Source: Hydrurus foetidus
Lineage: Eukaryota
Direction: 5' to 3'
NCBI GenBank assembly: GCA_900617105.1
Contig: UYFQ01000209.1
Location: forward strand, 1-56,425
DNA: 56,425 nucleotides
Both the position numbers and the translations under genes were made by a program. This document shows positions 22,760 through 37,240 of this stretch, piece after piece. The notes beneath the pieces were generated by a model. That model saw only the letters and a list, made by a program, of their open reading frames with translations. It did no database searches and was not told the DNA's origin. Positions within the stretch are counted from its first letter, which is position 1; every line of letters begins with the position of its first letter.

Positions 22760-25700
22760 TTACCCACACCCACTGTCACTGCTCTTGTACTCAATGGCCA
22801 CTAGTGCCCCCGCTTTGTTTCTTTTCCACCGACTTTCTTCGGGATCGAACCCGTGCTCTTCGGACTGGACAAAATAATGCACGTTGGAAGAGTTAGTGTT
22901 GGAAAGGCAAATAGGAAACTTCTGTTTGGGATTAGTTGCCACTAATTTTCCGAAGGAGGAGTTTTTATGAAAGTGAATGAGAGGGCAGATGATGATATCG
23001 GATTATTGGTGCATATGCGTGAGTCTGAATTGTGAAATCCTATGAAAGCAGAGAGGCAGCGTGATTGTCGCTATGTTCAGTGTTCGAGAGAAAACGCATC
23101 GAGCCATGCAATGATCACACTTGAAGCAGTTGGCTTTTTCTCACAAGGACTAAATAAGGCAATATCACGCCAACACATATCCATAATAATCTACACAACA
23201 TAAGATAATAACATAAAATAAACATCATTGTAAACATACTTAGTACTAGAGTACCTTGTACAGGGCCCAGTCTGGGGTCACTGCCATATAGTCCTCCGAA
23301 GTGAAGATCTTGGATCCGCCAGATTCGTAGAATGCGGCGATCAAAGAGTGGTACTGAAGAAAACGAAACAAGAAAAGTAGAAGACAGTGGGTAATCAGAA
23401 TATAAGTAGATACGAAGATAGAGAAGGGGAAGGGGAAAGGCGAGGGATGGAGCTAGGTTGTGGTGATCATGCTGATGCGTGGCTATGCGATGTGATGCGA
23501 GGTACGATCAGAGGAGAGGTGTGATATGATATGGGTTGGAGTAACGTAAAGGAAGACGTCGAGGAGAGTCAGAAAATCATAGCATAGAGAGGACTGGAGA
23601 AAGAGCTAAGAGAGAGTAAAGACAAGAATAGAAGAAGGTACGCAGTGCAATAAGGCCTGCAGCACCTTGTCATAGTCAATCCACGTGTGCCACACTCCAT
23701 TCACTTTGAACTTGTCCTCCCTGTAATCGATAATATAAATAGTAGAGCAGTCTTAGAGTTGAAAGGTCTGCATTTGATTTCATTTATTCAGATAAAGTGA
23801 GGTTAATTATTTTCATCATCGAAACAAAAGAATTGATTTGTACTCTTGACACATCTCTTATTCAAATCCTGCATCATTCTGTCAGATCTTAAGATATGAG
23901 GGCTGCAATGATTTGGTGAGTGCTACTATTCTAGTGAAGCTGTTGATGGTAGAGGAGAGTATCGTTACCTGGCGAGCAGTACGCAGCAGGAGTGTTCGTG
24001 CTCGGTGGCAATGGAGTAACGTACGCTGTTACCTCTCTCCGCCAATCTGAAATGTAATAATGAGAGAATAGAGGGAGAGTAATTAGCGAGAGTACGTATT
24101 TGAAAATCCCACTAGAGCTCAGTACATAGGAGAGAAAAGAAACCGTAGAATAAAGTTGAAAAGAATTTGAGAAAGTTAGTCAAACAAAAAATCGCAAGTT
24201 ATCTCAAGTGGTCTGTACATGGGTACGTACGGACAGTACGCACCTGTTGGCGATTGCTTCTGAAAACTGGCAGCACTCTCTATGCCACGGAACGTTCTCC
24301 ATGGTCAGAGAAGAAGCATCCGACTTGCCGCAATACGTCACCGACTTGATCTCAATAAAATCTGAGATGATAATAGATGATGATAGATTATAAAAGATAA
24401 TAATATATTATGAGAGAAATATGGAGAGGAGAGGAGGGGGGAGAGGAGAAAGGAGTGGGTGACAATAACGGATGAAATCGCGTAACTCTGCCTCATGATA
24501 TTTAATCAGATGGAGTAACATTTAATTAGATTCCCTTCATGGTATCTGACCTGGTTGACCCTTTTCGATGAGCTCTACGTAGCTCTCCGCCTCTTCCATG
24601 TTCCAACTCTTCACCAGGGTAAGTCTACAAGTACGTACGTTCGTGTGAGATTCGTGTGAGAATGAGGTGAAATATTAGTGTCCGAAAAACACAAAATACA
24701 GATGTTCGTTGTGATGTTAAATAATGTACACGTCGGAACAGTTTCATTTTGTAATGGTTCAAGTTTAATTTATCATTAATACGGCAAAAGAAATAACAGA
24801 ATTAGATGGTACTTCAGCAAATCAGATAAGAATCATCATCATCATCATGAGGAAGTCTGGAGTCACCGGTACACGGTCCGTTGTTTCTTCATCGCCATGT
24901 AGCGAAGAGACTCCAGGAATCTTTCCCAGAAGTCCTGAGAAGGAGCACACAATGAATGGAGAGTGTCAGGAAGGGGACGAGAAGTGTGTAGTCCCCAGGA
25001 GTAGGTGATGTAGGTGGATCAGATGGCACTTGACTGCATAGCAAATGAATGCCATACAAGATAGTATGCTCTGATGATATGCTAAATCAAACAAGCACAC
25101 GCAATGTCAGAAGAAAACACAGCACAACACAACACAACACAAGATACAGTATCGCTTACTATAACATGAACACGACACAGTATAGCATGTCGTGTCACCT
25201 TGAAGAGGGGTCTGTCGATGGCCTTCAGGCTGTCTCTCGTGCTCGCGTCCACACTCACGTACAGCTGGGTGATGGGGTCCAAATCACGGATCGAGTCGGG
25301 AAACTGAAAAAAGAATATTGTGGAGGGTTAGTGAAGAGAATGAGTGGTTTTGGATTTGGGATTAGCAAGGCAGAAAAATGGTAATACTGAAAATCACAAT
25401 ATTTGAATGAGTGCAAAACGCAGCAAATAGGATATAAAGGTGGCAGTATGGTAAACTTCACGGCTGGCAACAATTCAAATGATTACTCGAGATCACGATG
25501 TACGCTCAACAGTATTGACAGTGCAAATGATCACATCAAATAATTGATCATCACATACGCCCTGTAAATCACCTGGGCGTTCGTGACAAGGAAAGTACTG
25601 ATTTTTCTCTCATGCAGCGCTTTTATCATTTCGTTGATGCGGGGATACATAATAGGCTCTCCCACCAGAGAGAGCGCGCAGTGCTTAACGTTAAAGGCAT

Positions 25701-28700
25701 CAGCTAGTCGCTCTGGCTGTACGCCTACAGGGAATGAAAGAAGAAATGGGGAAGGGAGGAGAAGGGAGAAAAAGAAAGGAAGGAGAGGCGATGAATGAGG
25801 CGGGGAGATGAGGTAATAGAGGGAGAGAGAAAAGACCATGAATATGTAAGCATATGGGCGTTTGTATATTTCTCGTTATTACGTTGAACATTTCGAACTC
25901 CCCTTCTTCCCGTTAATTGACATCGACGTCCCACTTTCAGTTACGACCCAACTCTCAACTCATTGCTATTGATCAACTCATTCATGGACTATCCTATGAG
26001 TCACGTGCGATGCATGTACATCGTAGATTGTACCTGGCACTCCTCTCATTTCGTTGATCATAGCTCGGTGCAATTCCACGGCTTCTGACACGATCTCGTA
26101 TGGGTCATCGGTCTTCCATCTAACAAAAAGACAGGTACAGTGCGTTCATAGGTAGATTTTCGAGGACGTGGGAGGGATGTCTAGGTTGTATGCACTTGAA
26201 CGTTTGGTACGGTAAAATGTGGCACAGTACATACTGTAACCGTTGGAATGCATTGAATTTTATCAGACTAAGTCATTCACCAAATGCAGTCGTGAAGACT
26301 TTTGCAGCGCTGTACTGTGCGGTATTATACACTACGCACAGTGCCATATAAATTACAGTGAAGTAAAGTGCAGTATAATACGATATATTGAATTTCATTA
26401 CGGACACCGTAGTATAGTACAGTGCATTACAGTACATTACAGTACATTACACAGTGCAGTTTGATAGGTACAGCAGCATAATACTTAGTGCGGTGCAGTA
26501 AAATAACCGTGTAGTACATTGCAGTGTAGTGCACTCAGTGCATTACAGTAGTTAAAATACAGTGCAGTCATACACTGTGCACTTAGTGTGTTACGTCACG
26601 ATGCTGTACTTTGAGAGTGCAGTGTAGCATGATGCACAGCACATAACAATACACAGCTCAGTATAGCATCATGTACCTCCAGTCGGTGCCCACCGGGTTC
26701 TTGTGGTGTCTCCAGCAGAACACGCACTTGTTCGCGCAGGCCAGAGAAGGTGTGGCTTCCATGCACTGATAACTGAGAAGAGGTATGAGAAGTGAGGAGT
26801 GGGGAGAGTGAGTAGAATGTAGGGAGGGTTGTGGGAGTTAGGAGTGAAAAAAGAAGAATGAGGAGGATGGATTGAGGGATGAGAGAGGGAGGAGGATTGG
26901 AGAGAGACTAAAAGGATAGGCTTTATCGTTGAAAAGAGTTAGTGACGAGGGAGGGAGGTGGTAAAATAGGAGAGAAAGGGACAGGGCAGAACGTACAGTG
27001 ATGGAAAGGAGTACAGTTAAGAGTGAGGGGAGATTTTGAAGTAAGTGATGGGGACTGACAGGAGGAGAGTGATAACATACGTAATACGGTATGATGTAAG
27101 GTTGATAATTACAACTAACTAAAATAGATAATGCATAGCGCAAAAGGAAGGATCTTGTACCTTGTGATTCCGTAGAATGTGTGTTTGTAGCAACCGCCTC
27201 TCCCTCTCATTTGATTCTAATATGAAAATACACAAAAAGTGAGCACATCGCATAGATAGAAGATGCAGAGAAACAAGAAGTGACGAACACAAACATCAAT
27301 TAGAATACATTGAAGCGAACAGGAGCATTTGTAAATTTGTTTAGAGGCATAGTAGATGTAAACCAAAACAAACGTCACTGCCAAGTGGTAAACCGTAAGA
27401 TCCGCTACGATAGTACAAAATCAAGTCCGGATAAACGTCACCGGCACTCATAGTAGATGAGGAGTACCGGATATCTTTCATTGATCCAACATAAAATGGT
27501 TTGTTACTATATGCAACAAAATTCATTGCCCCCGTATCTCCAATCCAATTCATAGCCAGTCTGCACTACATGGTCTGATTACAGTAGTTACGTAAGGCAG
27601 TGTGGTATGTACGTACACACATACACACATATGTTTATACAAACACATACACACATACGTCACACTTTTAAATATACACATACATACATACGTCACGCTT
27701 TTAAATATACACATACATACATACGTCACACATACACGCACAGCATAGTGAAGTACACATGTGTACGTACGTACGTACCTTGGTCCATCTGCACAGCTTA
27801 ACAGCACTGTGTGTTCCAATGATCCTGTAACCTTCTTTTGTAAGCGCTCTCCTCTGCAACTTAGTTACCATTTCCCTTCCTCCGTCTCGTGCTGTCAGTC
27901 TGTCAGATGCTTCTTTTTCTTTTTTTGCGTTTTGTTTTTGTTTTTTCATTGCTGTACCGATGTCTTCAAGGTCGAGTAAATCGCCTGGAAAATAGTAGAA
28001 ATGTATCATTTTTAGTGCTGCATTCATTGGAGTTCTCAGTCTAATGTAGAGAACTCATCTTGTGTCTTATTATGTGTCTTACGAATCTACGCACTGTTGT
28101 CAAGTTCAGGTGTAAATTGCATTATGTATGAAAGTGGAATGAGTTACAGGCAGAACACATCGTCAACATTCAGTATCTAATCTAAGCACTTATCGCTGCA
28201 TCAGCATCAACCAAAAATAAAATAAAATGTACATAGTGTAAAAGCGTTAACATTTATACAAAGGCAATTTCGAATATAACTTCACCTTCTGGACTTTCAT
28301 CATAGTCCCCATCGCTCCCCTTACGATGAGTAGTCAATGAGAAGAAGCAAATAATGTAAAATGAGAGGATAGATAGAAAATGAAAGGTAAGATAGCAGAG
28401 AGAAGATAAACAAGAAGAAAGTAGTACAGATACGTGAGCGTAGAAAATAAAAGTCAAGATGAGTCAAAGATTCCATTAGTCCGACAATAATTGATGCATA
28501 GGGAGATCGGAACACATTTTGCTATAATCGCATCATCGTAATAAAAAACGATAGAAACAATGCTTACCTCTTCGTCTTCTTGCAGAACGTATTCATTGTT
28601 GATTCTGTCTTCCTCTTCTTCGTCCTCATCCATCTCTGCTTCTTCCTCGAGTCCTAGTTTGTTGTTACCGTCTAATACGATGGTTTCCTTTTTATCCGTA

Positions 28701-31368
28701 CTACTGCAGCATGAAGATTTAGGTGCAGGACTCTAATTTTGATGCAATATAAGAAAGTCGGACGATTAATTGATCTCATTTCAAAGGGGTCAATTAACAT
28801 GCCGATTGTTGAAAAATGAAATAGAGGGGGTACACGAAGAATGATTGTGAAATAGCCGGAGGAGCAGATGATCGGAATGGAAGATTGACAAGAACAAAAA
28901 ATGAAGAGTGCGAAGAGTCATTCGACATGATTCCTGGATATGGACCGTGCAGTCTAAGCTCTTAAGGATTGTCTTCCCAAATCGAACTAATTTCAATGAT
29001 ACGATACTCATAAAAAGTTCTAAACAATACAAAGGAACATCCCTTCACATGAAAAATCTAAAAGAAAGGAATTAAAAGTCCAAGTTCCTCACCTCACTCT
29101 GGCAGCAGGAATCTCCCTTGGCCTCACTTGACCCACGATCCTTCTCAACTCCTCCACAACACCCACTATCCTTCTTTTCACCGTTCTTCTCAATTTTCTC
29201 ATCTTTTTTCACACCTGTACGTACATCTACAGTTGTAGTACTTACTGGTGCCTTCGCTTCCTCTTTAACTAATTTCTGTTGAAGTTGAAAGGCATTTGCC
29301 TTGGATACTTTATCTTTTCCAACATTCTTCTGGAATTTCATTTTACTTGGTTTGGTGTTAATAACTGGAATTTCAGTATTATCTGTGCTGGCATCAATTT
29401 TGTCTTTTTGAACTGTACTTGTTGCTGTACCATTCAACAGAACTGGAGTTGAAGTTGAAGTTGATTTTGTGGATGATTTTGACTTCACTTTCTTGCCCTC
29501 GCTAATCTTATCAGTAGTATTACCCTGAATTATACTGCTTTCGTAATACTTTTTATCAAAAAATGGCTTGAGTTCGATTCCCGCAAAGGTTGCTTTTGTT
29601 TTTTTGACCACTTTTTCTGTCCATTTGTGGAACTTATCTACGAGTTCCTCCGAATCATCTCCAAGACTTAGAGGCAGTAGAGGAGTGGCGCCTAGCTCGA
29701 TAAAGCAGTCTACAAGAAGAGAAAGGGTGGAGGGAGGGGAAGAAGAGGAGTTGGTAGGAGACGGGAATGGAGGAGAGTAAGGGGGTACAGTAAAGGAGAG
29801 GGAAGAAGGTAGAGAAGAGAGGTAAAAGGGAGGAGAGGGAGGGGGTGGTGAGGGGAGGAGTGTGGTGAGAGTTATGGGTGTAGCGTATCACTAATCTGTC
29901 AGAGTATAGTACCAAATATCATATAATTAGTGATGTTCTTGTATATTGTACGTACATTGCCATACAACAACAAAGTACTTCTCATCTTCTGGACATTGCT
30001 ACTACATGTACTTTAAAGTTCAAATGATAGACACGATAAACAATGAGACGTTTAGATGGCGCAACGTTCCTGAGAACTATTTAGTTCTCCAAACACACAG
30101 AAAAGATGTTGTCAACAATAAAAATGAGCTGCAATAAGCGTCGTAATAATCCCAGAAATTACCACACTTCAATGCATTGATAAATCATAGCAATCAGTAA
30201 TCCAAAAACAAAACGATCTACCCACCATGTATATCTTTTGCAGCTCGGCAAAAATCGGCACTGTAATAAGATCCGCCCAACCCAAATACGGAAAATTTCA
30301 ATTTCGATAAATGGCTCTTCGAAACACGGAAATCACTCGCGTAGTCTTTAAGCGAGTCGACAAGCCGCTGGGCACTTTCAGGTGGCACACCATCTGTGTT
30401 AAAATCGAAAAGGCAACAAGTTAGACGATTAAAATATAGATAGGAAATACGGGAGGTTGGGGGGGGGGAGTGAGAAGGTAGAATCGATGTAAATTGTCAT
30501 CGAAAATTGTCTCGAACAGATATGAATTATAGTTTGTGTACGTTATGTGAAGACACTTTCATCAATGCTGTAAAGTCTGAATAAGCAAACTATAGTGATG
30601 AGAAAATCTACTCAAACAGCAACATAAGTCATGAAGAACAATATCTTCTTAGATGCTTCTGTCTTAAGTGCGCACAAATCAGAATGATAGAGTTACTGTC
30701 CATAGAAGTCTACGTATTCAATTAGGACTAGAGGAGACATACATTCATTCAACATCTTCCTAGAAAATCATTCACACACAACTGTAAATATGAGACATTG
30801 TGAGGAGTAAATGAAAATAGATAGACAGGCGGAATCCGAAAGACTTTCTCATCTAATGAATACATAGATAACATGTTCTCACACATCATGTCTATGCTTT
30901 CTCGGTGCTACTCTCATACAGAAACGAAAACAACGAAATGAAGTGCAGGACAATTCAGTTGATACCTGTCCACGTGGAACAAATAAACAGAACAATGTCC
31001 TCCTGATCCAGGACGAATTCATCATAGTCTTTCGCGTCCACAACTGTAATGGTGACATCATCTGAAGAAAAGACGGAACGAAATTTGCTAGAAATATCTG
31101 CTGCAAGTCTCCTCGCTGTTCCAGTGCATGTCCCATAAATAATCAAAACTTTTCTTTTCGAAGAGGTCTCAGATTCATTGACGGGCTCCTTCACTGTCAC
31201 GACTTCTGCTGCTTCCACTGGTGATGACACATTGTCTACTTTAAGGTTCTTTAATTGCTTCCCAGAAAGCCTTAATGTTAGCAGGTATAGACTCCATGGT
31301 CCTAAGATTGCAGCAACACCGAAAAAAAACATTTTCCCATGCGCCAGTTGTGGCATCCCGAACTTCAT
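22760..31368 (-). CDS. TYW1: S-adenosylmethionine-dependent tRNA 4-demethylwyosine synthase TYW1 (N-terminal TM, flavodoxin, radical SAM; about 18 exons)
   Basis: Flavodoxin motifs IIYGTCTGTA, FICSTWTDG and FSVFGLGGS. Core motifs GYRIIGTHSAVKLCRWTK, RGRGGCYKHTFYGI, CMEATPSLACANKCVFCWRH (CxxxCxxC), HCALSLVGEPIMYP, STFLVTNAQFP, QLYVSVDA, IDRPLFKDFWERF, QRTVYRLTLVK, FIEIKSVTYCG, EHEHSCC, TWIDYDK and TPDWA...GFDP. All introns are GT-AG. Confidence 0.95.
26380..26670. repeat. Degenerate pentamer repeat (CAGTA/CAGTG-like) in a TYW1 intron
   Basis: Repeated cagtacatta/cagtgcatta/cagtg units. Confidence 0.6.
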
Positions 31369-31888
31369 CCTAGCTCGTCCACTATTTCCTCCAAATGCAC
31401 GTTTTACAAATCCTCAACCGACGAATTGCGCAGAAGCTGATAAAGAGTGGAACCGAGAGGTAAGGCCCTTAAACTACTGGTGCTGCTACCCGTCCGCAAC
31501 CTTTCGGAACTCGACTCGGCTGCTGTGTCACATATGATTTCACGAAGTGACCACCAACACCAACCCATTTGATCTTGAATCTCGATACGGCAATATACCG
31601 GATAGATACAGTGGGTCGACTGCATGTTGAGTTACACTTCCTCAACTTCGAGTACTCTTATTGTTAGCTTGAAAACATGCATCAATTGGCGATAAGAAAT
31701 CTACTCGTGATGATATGATTGTCTTTTGTTGTGTTTCTTGCCGCTGCACTAAGTTCCTTTTGGAACGTTCGACAACGAACTTCGGAAAATGCCACTGATT
31801 ACACAGCAACTTTACCAAAATATTTTTCAAGGATCATCGCAAGTATATTGAAAAGCATCCTTCGCACGCTTCATTTCGAGGTTGGATA

Positions 31889-32612
31889 ATGCCCTTGCGA
31901 GGTTGTTGCAAAGTGCATTCACCGTTCAAGAAGTATCCCAACCGGTTCGGCAGCAAGTTCAGAATCAATAATAATGCTAGGAATCCAGATACGGCCACGC
32001 TTCTTGCAGTTACAAGACCACCAGCCAAGCTTGAGAACGGAAGTGAATCTATTCGTAAGAGAAAAATTATCGAGATCGCTGAGAAGGTACAATTGATCGA
32101 TGTTGAGATTTTTTCAGTCGTCAACAGGAAATCAAAGAAGAGTTGACTTTATCTAGCTCTAACTTCGAGTCAAACCATAACAAATGCAGAGAGCCGAACT
32201 TGTGTGCGATCAAGGAACTGAGGGCAGGATACGAAAAGCAAGGATCTTTTTTGATGATGTGCAGGCTTGCCGTCGAGTTAATCGAGTAGCGAGTCAACCA
32301 GAGCTCAGATCAATTCAACCCTCGGATTTATCTAGCAGCGATTACAAATCTTTGATAGAGGGCAGCAACCTAGCTGATCAAGCTGGCTTGTACCATGCTC
32401 ATGCAAGCACGGATATATACCCTGTCCTCCCTCCCAGCCCAGCTGCATCTATTAGGAACTTTCGTTTGGGTTCCTACTATGACGAAGATCATGAGCAAAT
32501 AGCAATAAAGGAAGAAGATAAAGAGGCGCTAGATGAGCTCGAAAATAACTTGCTCTCAGCAACTCAAGCAGTACTCGCCCTAGCTGCTTTTAGGGGCATG
32601 GGATATAATTAA
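31889..32612 (+). CDS. Hypothetical protein (about 206 aa, 2 exons), divergent from TYW1
   Basis: The ORF 31889-32086 ends at AAG|GTAC, the acceptor TGCAG ends at 32189, and the join is in frame with 32190-32612. No recognisable domain. Confidence 0.5.
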
Positions 32613-33076
32613 TATCATAGTCATTATGTATTGTACAATGATGGTAGGCATTCTGATGTCAAGCTGTATCTGTTACTCTTCATTTTATTCGTCAATAGAA
32701 CCTGCGATATTAGATGTTCGTAATTGTCTGCGTTTGATATTGTACTGTATAGTAAACATCCCCGACCAAGTAAATTGTAGTTGTTCTTGTAGTTGTTCAT
32801 ACTACTCGTATCACATATCATACAAACCAGCCTACTGTAGTTCATAACCGATAAAATTGCCCAAGCTTGTAACGATTCTTGGTACAATTTCGTGATTCTC
32901 TTCGGTTGTTTTGTAGGCTTCTAATTATTACGGTATACTTGAGATGGAGACACTTCGTCTCTCTTCTGGGTTCAAATTCCAAATTCCAAAGCCTCCAAGC
33001 ATTTGAGTAGATATCATAATTTCTGGACGATTTTCTCCCAGTAGTAAGCTTTCAGAGGGGCTTCTTGCTGCTGGTC

Positions 33077-36000
33077 ATGAGGATAATCAAAAAAGGAATT
33101 GCACACCGTAATGGGGAGGGATTCGTTCGTCTGCAGGCTGATGAACCTGAAGACATGTATCATCTCTTTAATCTCATCTGTGAGGGTGACATTGTAAGGG
33201 CTGATACAGTGAGAAATGTAAGCGTTTCGAAACACAATGATTGCCTCTCTTGTAGCGAAACGTTCTGCAGTGTAGAAGCTCTATATGCTTAACATTCTAC
33301 AAAATTCTTTGGTGTATTTCTTTTCTCCGAAGGTTGTGAAAGAGAATGTTACTGGATCTGTCAAGCAGCGAATGAATGTACGTTTGATTTGAAATTTTTA
33401 CAAAGGTGGACATGGAGACTCGCTGCCTGTAAAACTGATTCATTACGTGGTATAATTATCATCCTAGATGAAGCTAAAGATTAAGGTGGAGCGCATTGAG
33501 TTTGATGCCGAACAGTGCTCCTTGAGACTCAACGGTAGAAATGTTGAGGAAAACGAGTTTGTGAAAATGGGCCAGTATCATACATTAGATCTTGAAATCG
33601 GAAGGCCATTTGCAATCGAGAAAATATGCTGGGATTACATCTTCATGAACATTCTTAATGATGCTTGCGATCCTGGCAAGAAAGCTGAGATAGCTGTCGT
33701 AGGTGAGCTAAATATGTTGTGACTATTGGGAGACTAGAGTCTTGACGACACGGTTGTTGTGATGAATTCAATCCCTCAATACTGCTCATCATTCCATGAG
33801 AAATGACTCAATAGTAGTATAATTTGTAGAATGCAGTAGTCTTCGATATAATCTTTTTTTGCGATTCTCATTGGCACTAGTATTATAGCATCTGTTGCCT
33901 CATAATATCAGTGCGATTGAGATATGATAGCAATTAATAACACTCGACCTAATTTTTGTTTATTTCCATGATACAATTTGATAGTTATGCAGGAAGGGCT
34001 TGCGAACATCTGCCTTCTTACAACTGCGATGACCATCACAAAAGTTAAAATCGAAAGGAAAATACCTAAAAAAGATATGGTCAGTATTTTCATTTTTTCT
34101 ATTTTGGTATTTATTTTTTTCATTATTTTTATGATGTACAGTTGGGTGTAGAGTTGTGTAGCATTACTATATTTGTCTTGATGGTTATCTTCGTATTTAT
34201 CATCACCTTCATATTTTCGCTTTCGTACACTTTTTTTACATTTTCTCTATATCATCCTCTTAACTTTTATCCTCTCCTGCTCCCTATCTTCACTATCTTC
34301 ACTATCTCATCCATAGATTCATCAGGCACACGATAAAGCTAGGTCAAAGTTTTTCGATGAAGTGTACGACGCGGTGAAGAAAACTATCGACTTCTCTGTT
34401 GTAAAAGTGGTCATTGTTGGCAGGTGAGAATTATGCATTAAACTGTGGACATTGGAGGAGTAGATGGCTTGTCGATACATGGTGATAGGAGGAGAGGAGA
34501 GCAGAGCAGGGAAGGGAGGGAAGGGAATAGATGAGAGAGAAAGTGGGTGTGACGTACAGATAAAGATGTGTAAAGTCGAGACTTCACACATCTCATTCTC
34601 ATTAGCAGAGGATCTAGCAATTGCTCCTCTAATCAGCAATCAAACTAACGTCATACGGTGTATCTCTGAGCTTTTTACTAGCAGTTTGGTCCATCATTGT
34701 TCTGAAGGGAGGATTTATGAATTTGCTTAAATTGAATAAAAGTGTACCACGTGTAAGACAAACATAATATTTCTCTTTTTCCTCCTCCTATCAGTCCTGG
34801 TTTCCTGAAAGACGACTTCATGAAATATTTAACCGAAAAAGCAATCCGTGTGGGCGATATGGAATTTATCAAACAAAAGTCCAAGTTCCTTAAAGCTCAC
34901 ACGTCATCTGGATTTAGAAGAGCTGTTGATGAGCTGTTAGGAAATGCCGATTTTGCAAGTCAATTAAATGATGTGAAAGCTGCGGATGAGGTAGAGAAAG
35001 TAGTGTTATTCAATGTTGTTTTCACATGTAGATATTTGTAATTCTTGATCTGTGTTAATGTTGATTTTTGCATTTAATTATGTGCTCCTCAATGTGGTGT
35101 CTGCTTCTAGATTCTTCTATCTTCCTTCTTTTTCATTGTCATTTTCATTTTCATTTTTTCTCCAAGGTGAAAGCTCTGCAGAATTTCTACGACTGTTTAT
35201 CTTCTGATTCTGACAGGGCGTGCTATTCATTTGAGCAGTGCAACTACGCCAATCAACAACTGGCTATCGACACTTTGTAAGTGCTTGCTATCTTGTGCTT
35301 ATTATGTTTTCAGTTATTTTACTTTTGCACTTGATTTTGCACTTTATCACGTGACTGTGTTATTAAAATTGAAACCTTATTTTCCTATGGTACTGTTAGC
35401 ATCAGCACGTCATCCGAAACTCACTATATTGCGGCGTGTCTTTTTCTAACTATCACCAGGATCACTCATGGCGATTACTAGTTTATTGTCATGCTTGAAG
35501 AAAAGTGATACTTAATTCTATTTCATTTATCATCAAAATAAGATATTAATTCATTTCTCGTTTAATTCCCTCGCCAACTATAATTTGTTGAATTAAGCCT
35601 GAATTTACTCTTTTTTAATGCAGAATGGTGACAGACAAACTCTTCAAATCGGCTGATTTTGACCAGCGCAAGAGATACATTAAACTGGTAGAAAGCGTCA
35701 AGAACAACGGGGGCAAGGTAAGCTCTTTTTCCTCTAGACAGTAAACTGTGAAAAATATGCTTTTTAGGATTTGAAACATTTGTTAATTGTGTGACTGATG
35801 ATACAGATAATCAGCCAATTACTTGTATGTTACGGTGATATCTGGCAGTATCAGTACAACAGCACGTCACGATGCGACACAATATTGAACACTACGGTAT
35901 TTCATGTTTCTCTAAATTGCACCATTTCACCATTTTAAATCTTTTGATAACACCCACACAGCTCTTCCAGTCACTTCTACTCCTTTTAATTTTCATGTCC

Positions 36001-36597
36001 ATTCCAGGTGCACACATTTTCCTGCCAACACGTAAGCGGAGAGCAACTAAATCTTTATACCGGAATAGCCGCGACTTTACGGTTCCCTCTACCGGATATC
36101 GGTACGTACATTAGTTGCATGCGTAATGCACTTATTGTGCTGATGTTGATATCTGTTTGATTTGCGTATCTTACAGTTTGAATGTCTGAGGAGTTATTTC
36201 AATTTTTCTTATATTCAATGTTTAATTATAAAATGTAGTTGCTTTTTTATTTTATCGCATTAGATAAGATTATCAAGTGTGTCCTACATCTATCATATTT
36301 GTGCGAACATTTCTCTCGAGCTCACTCCCGTTAATCATCGATTTTATTCATGCCCTTATTTGACAATTTCCAGACATTATATTGGAGCAATTGAAAAACC
36401 CAACCGGAAAAAGTGACACAAAAAAGTCGGCCATTAATTCATTGAAAAAAAGCAGCGCAGAAGTGGTGCCGTCTGTAGTGGTTGAAGAAGTCGGATACGA
36501 AACAGATTTCTCCGATTCAACTGTTGAGGAGGAAGGAGATGACAGTGACGATGACAGTGTTGACTCGTATGTGAAGGATATGGGTCTCGTCGCGTGA
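33077..36597 (+). CDS. PELO: Protein pelota/Dom34 (eRF1 family ribosome-rescue factor), 10 exons, acidic C-terminal tail
   Basis: Motifs EPEDMYHLFNLICEGDIVRADTVRNV, LRLNGRNVEENEFVKMGQYHTLDLE, AVVVMQEGLANIC, IPKK, VGSPGFLKDDF, LMVTDKLF, and FSCQHVSGEQLNLYTGIAATLRFPLPD. The exons splice in frame with GT-AG junctions. Confidence 0.95.
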
Positions 36598-37240
36598 TAG
36601 CCGTTATATCCCGTAGATATACCGTCTGTACTACTTGCTGTCCTACACTCCACTGTACTGCACAATACCGCACTAGAAAGTAAAAAGCAACTTTCGAGCA
36701 TTCCTTACAATTTTTAACTTTACAAACAAATATACAGTACAGCAACTAATCAGCACTGTAATAAATTACACACAAATTTAACTGACTTAAGGAGAAATTA
36801 TTCTGCACAGTAAATATACATTATAGCAAACATGAATATCCACCGTTGAAATCGCACACAAAACGCATCTTAAGCCACTAGTGGAAATCAGGACGATTAC
36901 AGGCGTAAAAAGAAATGAGACACCTCGAACCAGAACTCAAGATTCTCAAGATTCCTTAATAGCGTAAGTACGTACTGTACGATAAAGCGATTACTACGAA
37001 TACGAAGATTAGTTTCATACCATTTCGCAACACAAAAGGCGCGGTACTGCAATAGTTCGCTTTAGAGCATTGCAGTAGCGCTGTAACTATCTCCTACTAT
37101 GCAAACGTTAAACTAATTGAAGTGTTCATCCACGTTCATGATTTTGAGAAAATCAGGAAATAGTGGTGCGAAATTATGTCGGTACGAATACAAGAGAGTC
37201 CCAGGTATTTCCAACGGAAACAACTGATTTTCGTGGATCC

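Noticed and set aside
32960..33000. GGTTCAAATTCC as a tRNA T-loop upstream of pelota
   Set aside because: No cloverleaf or A-box in the surrounding sequence.
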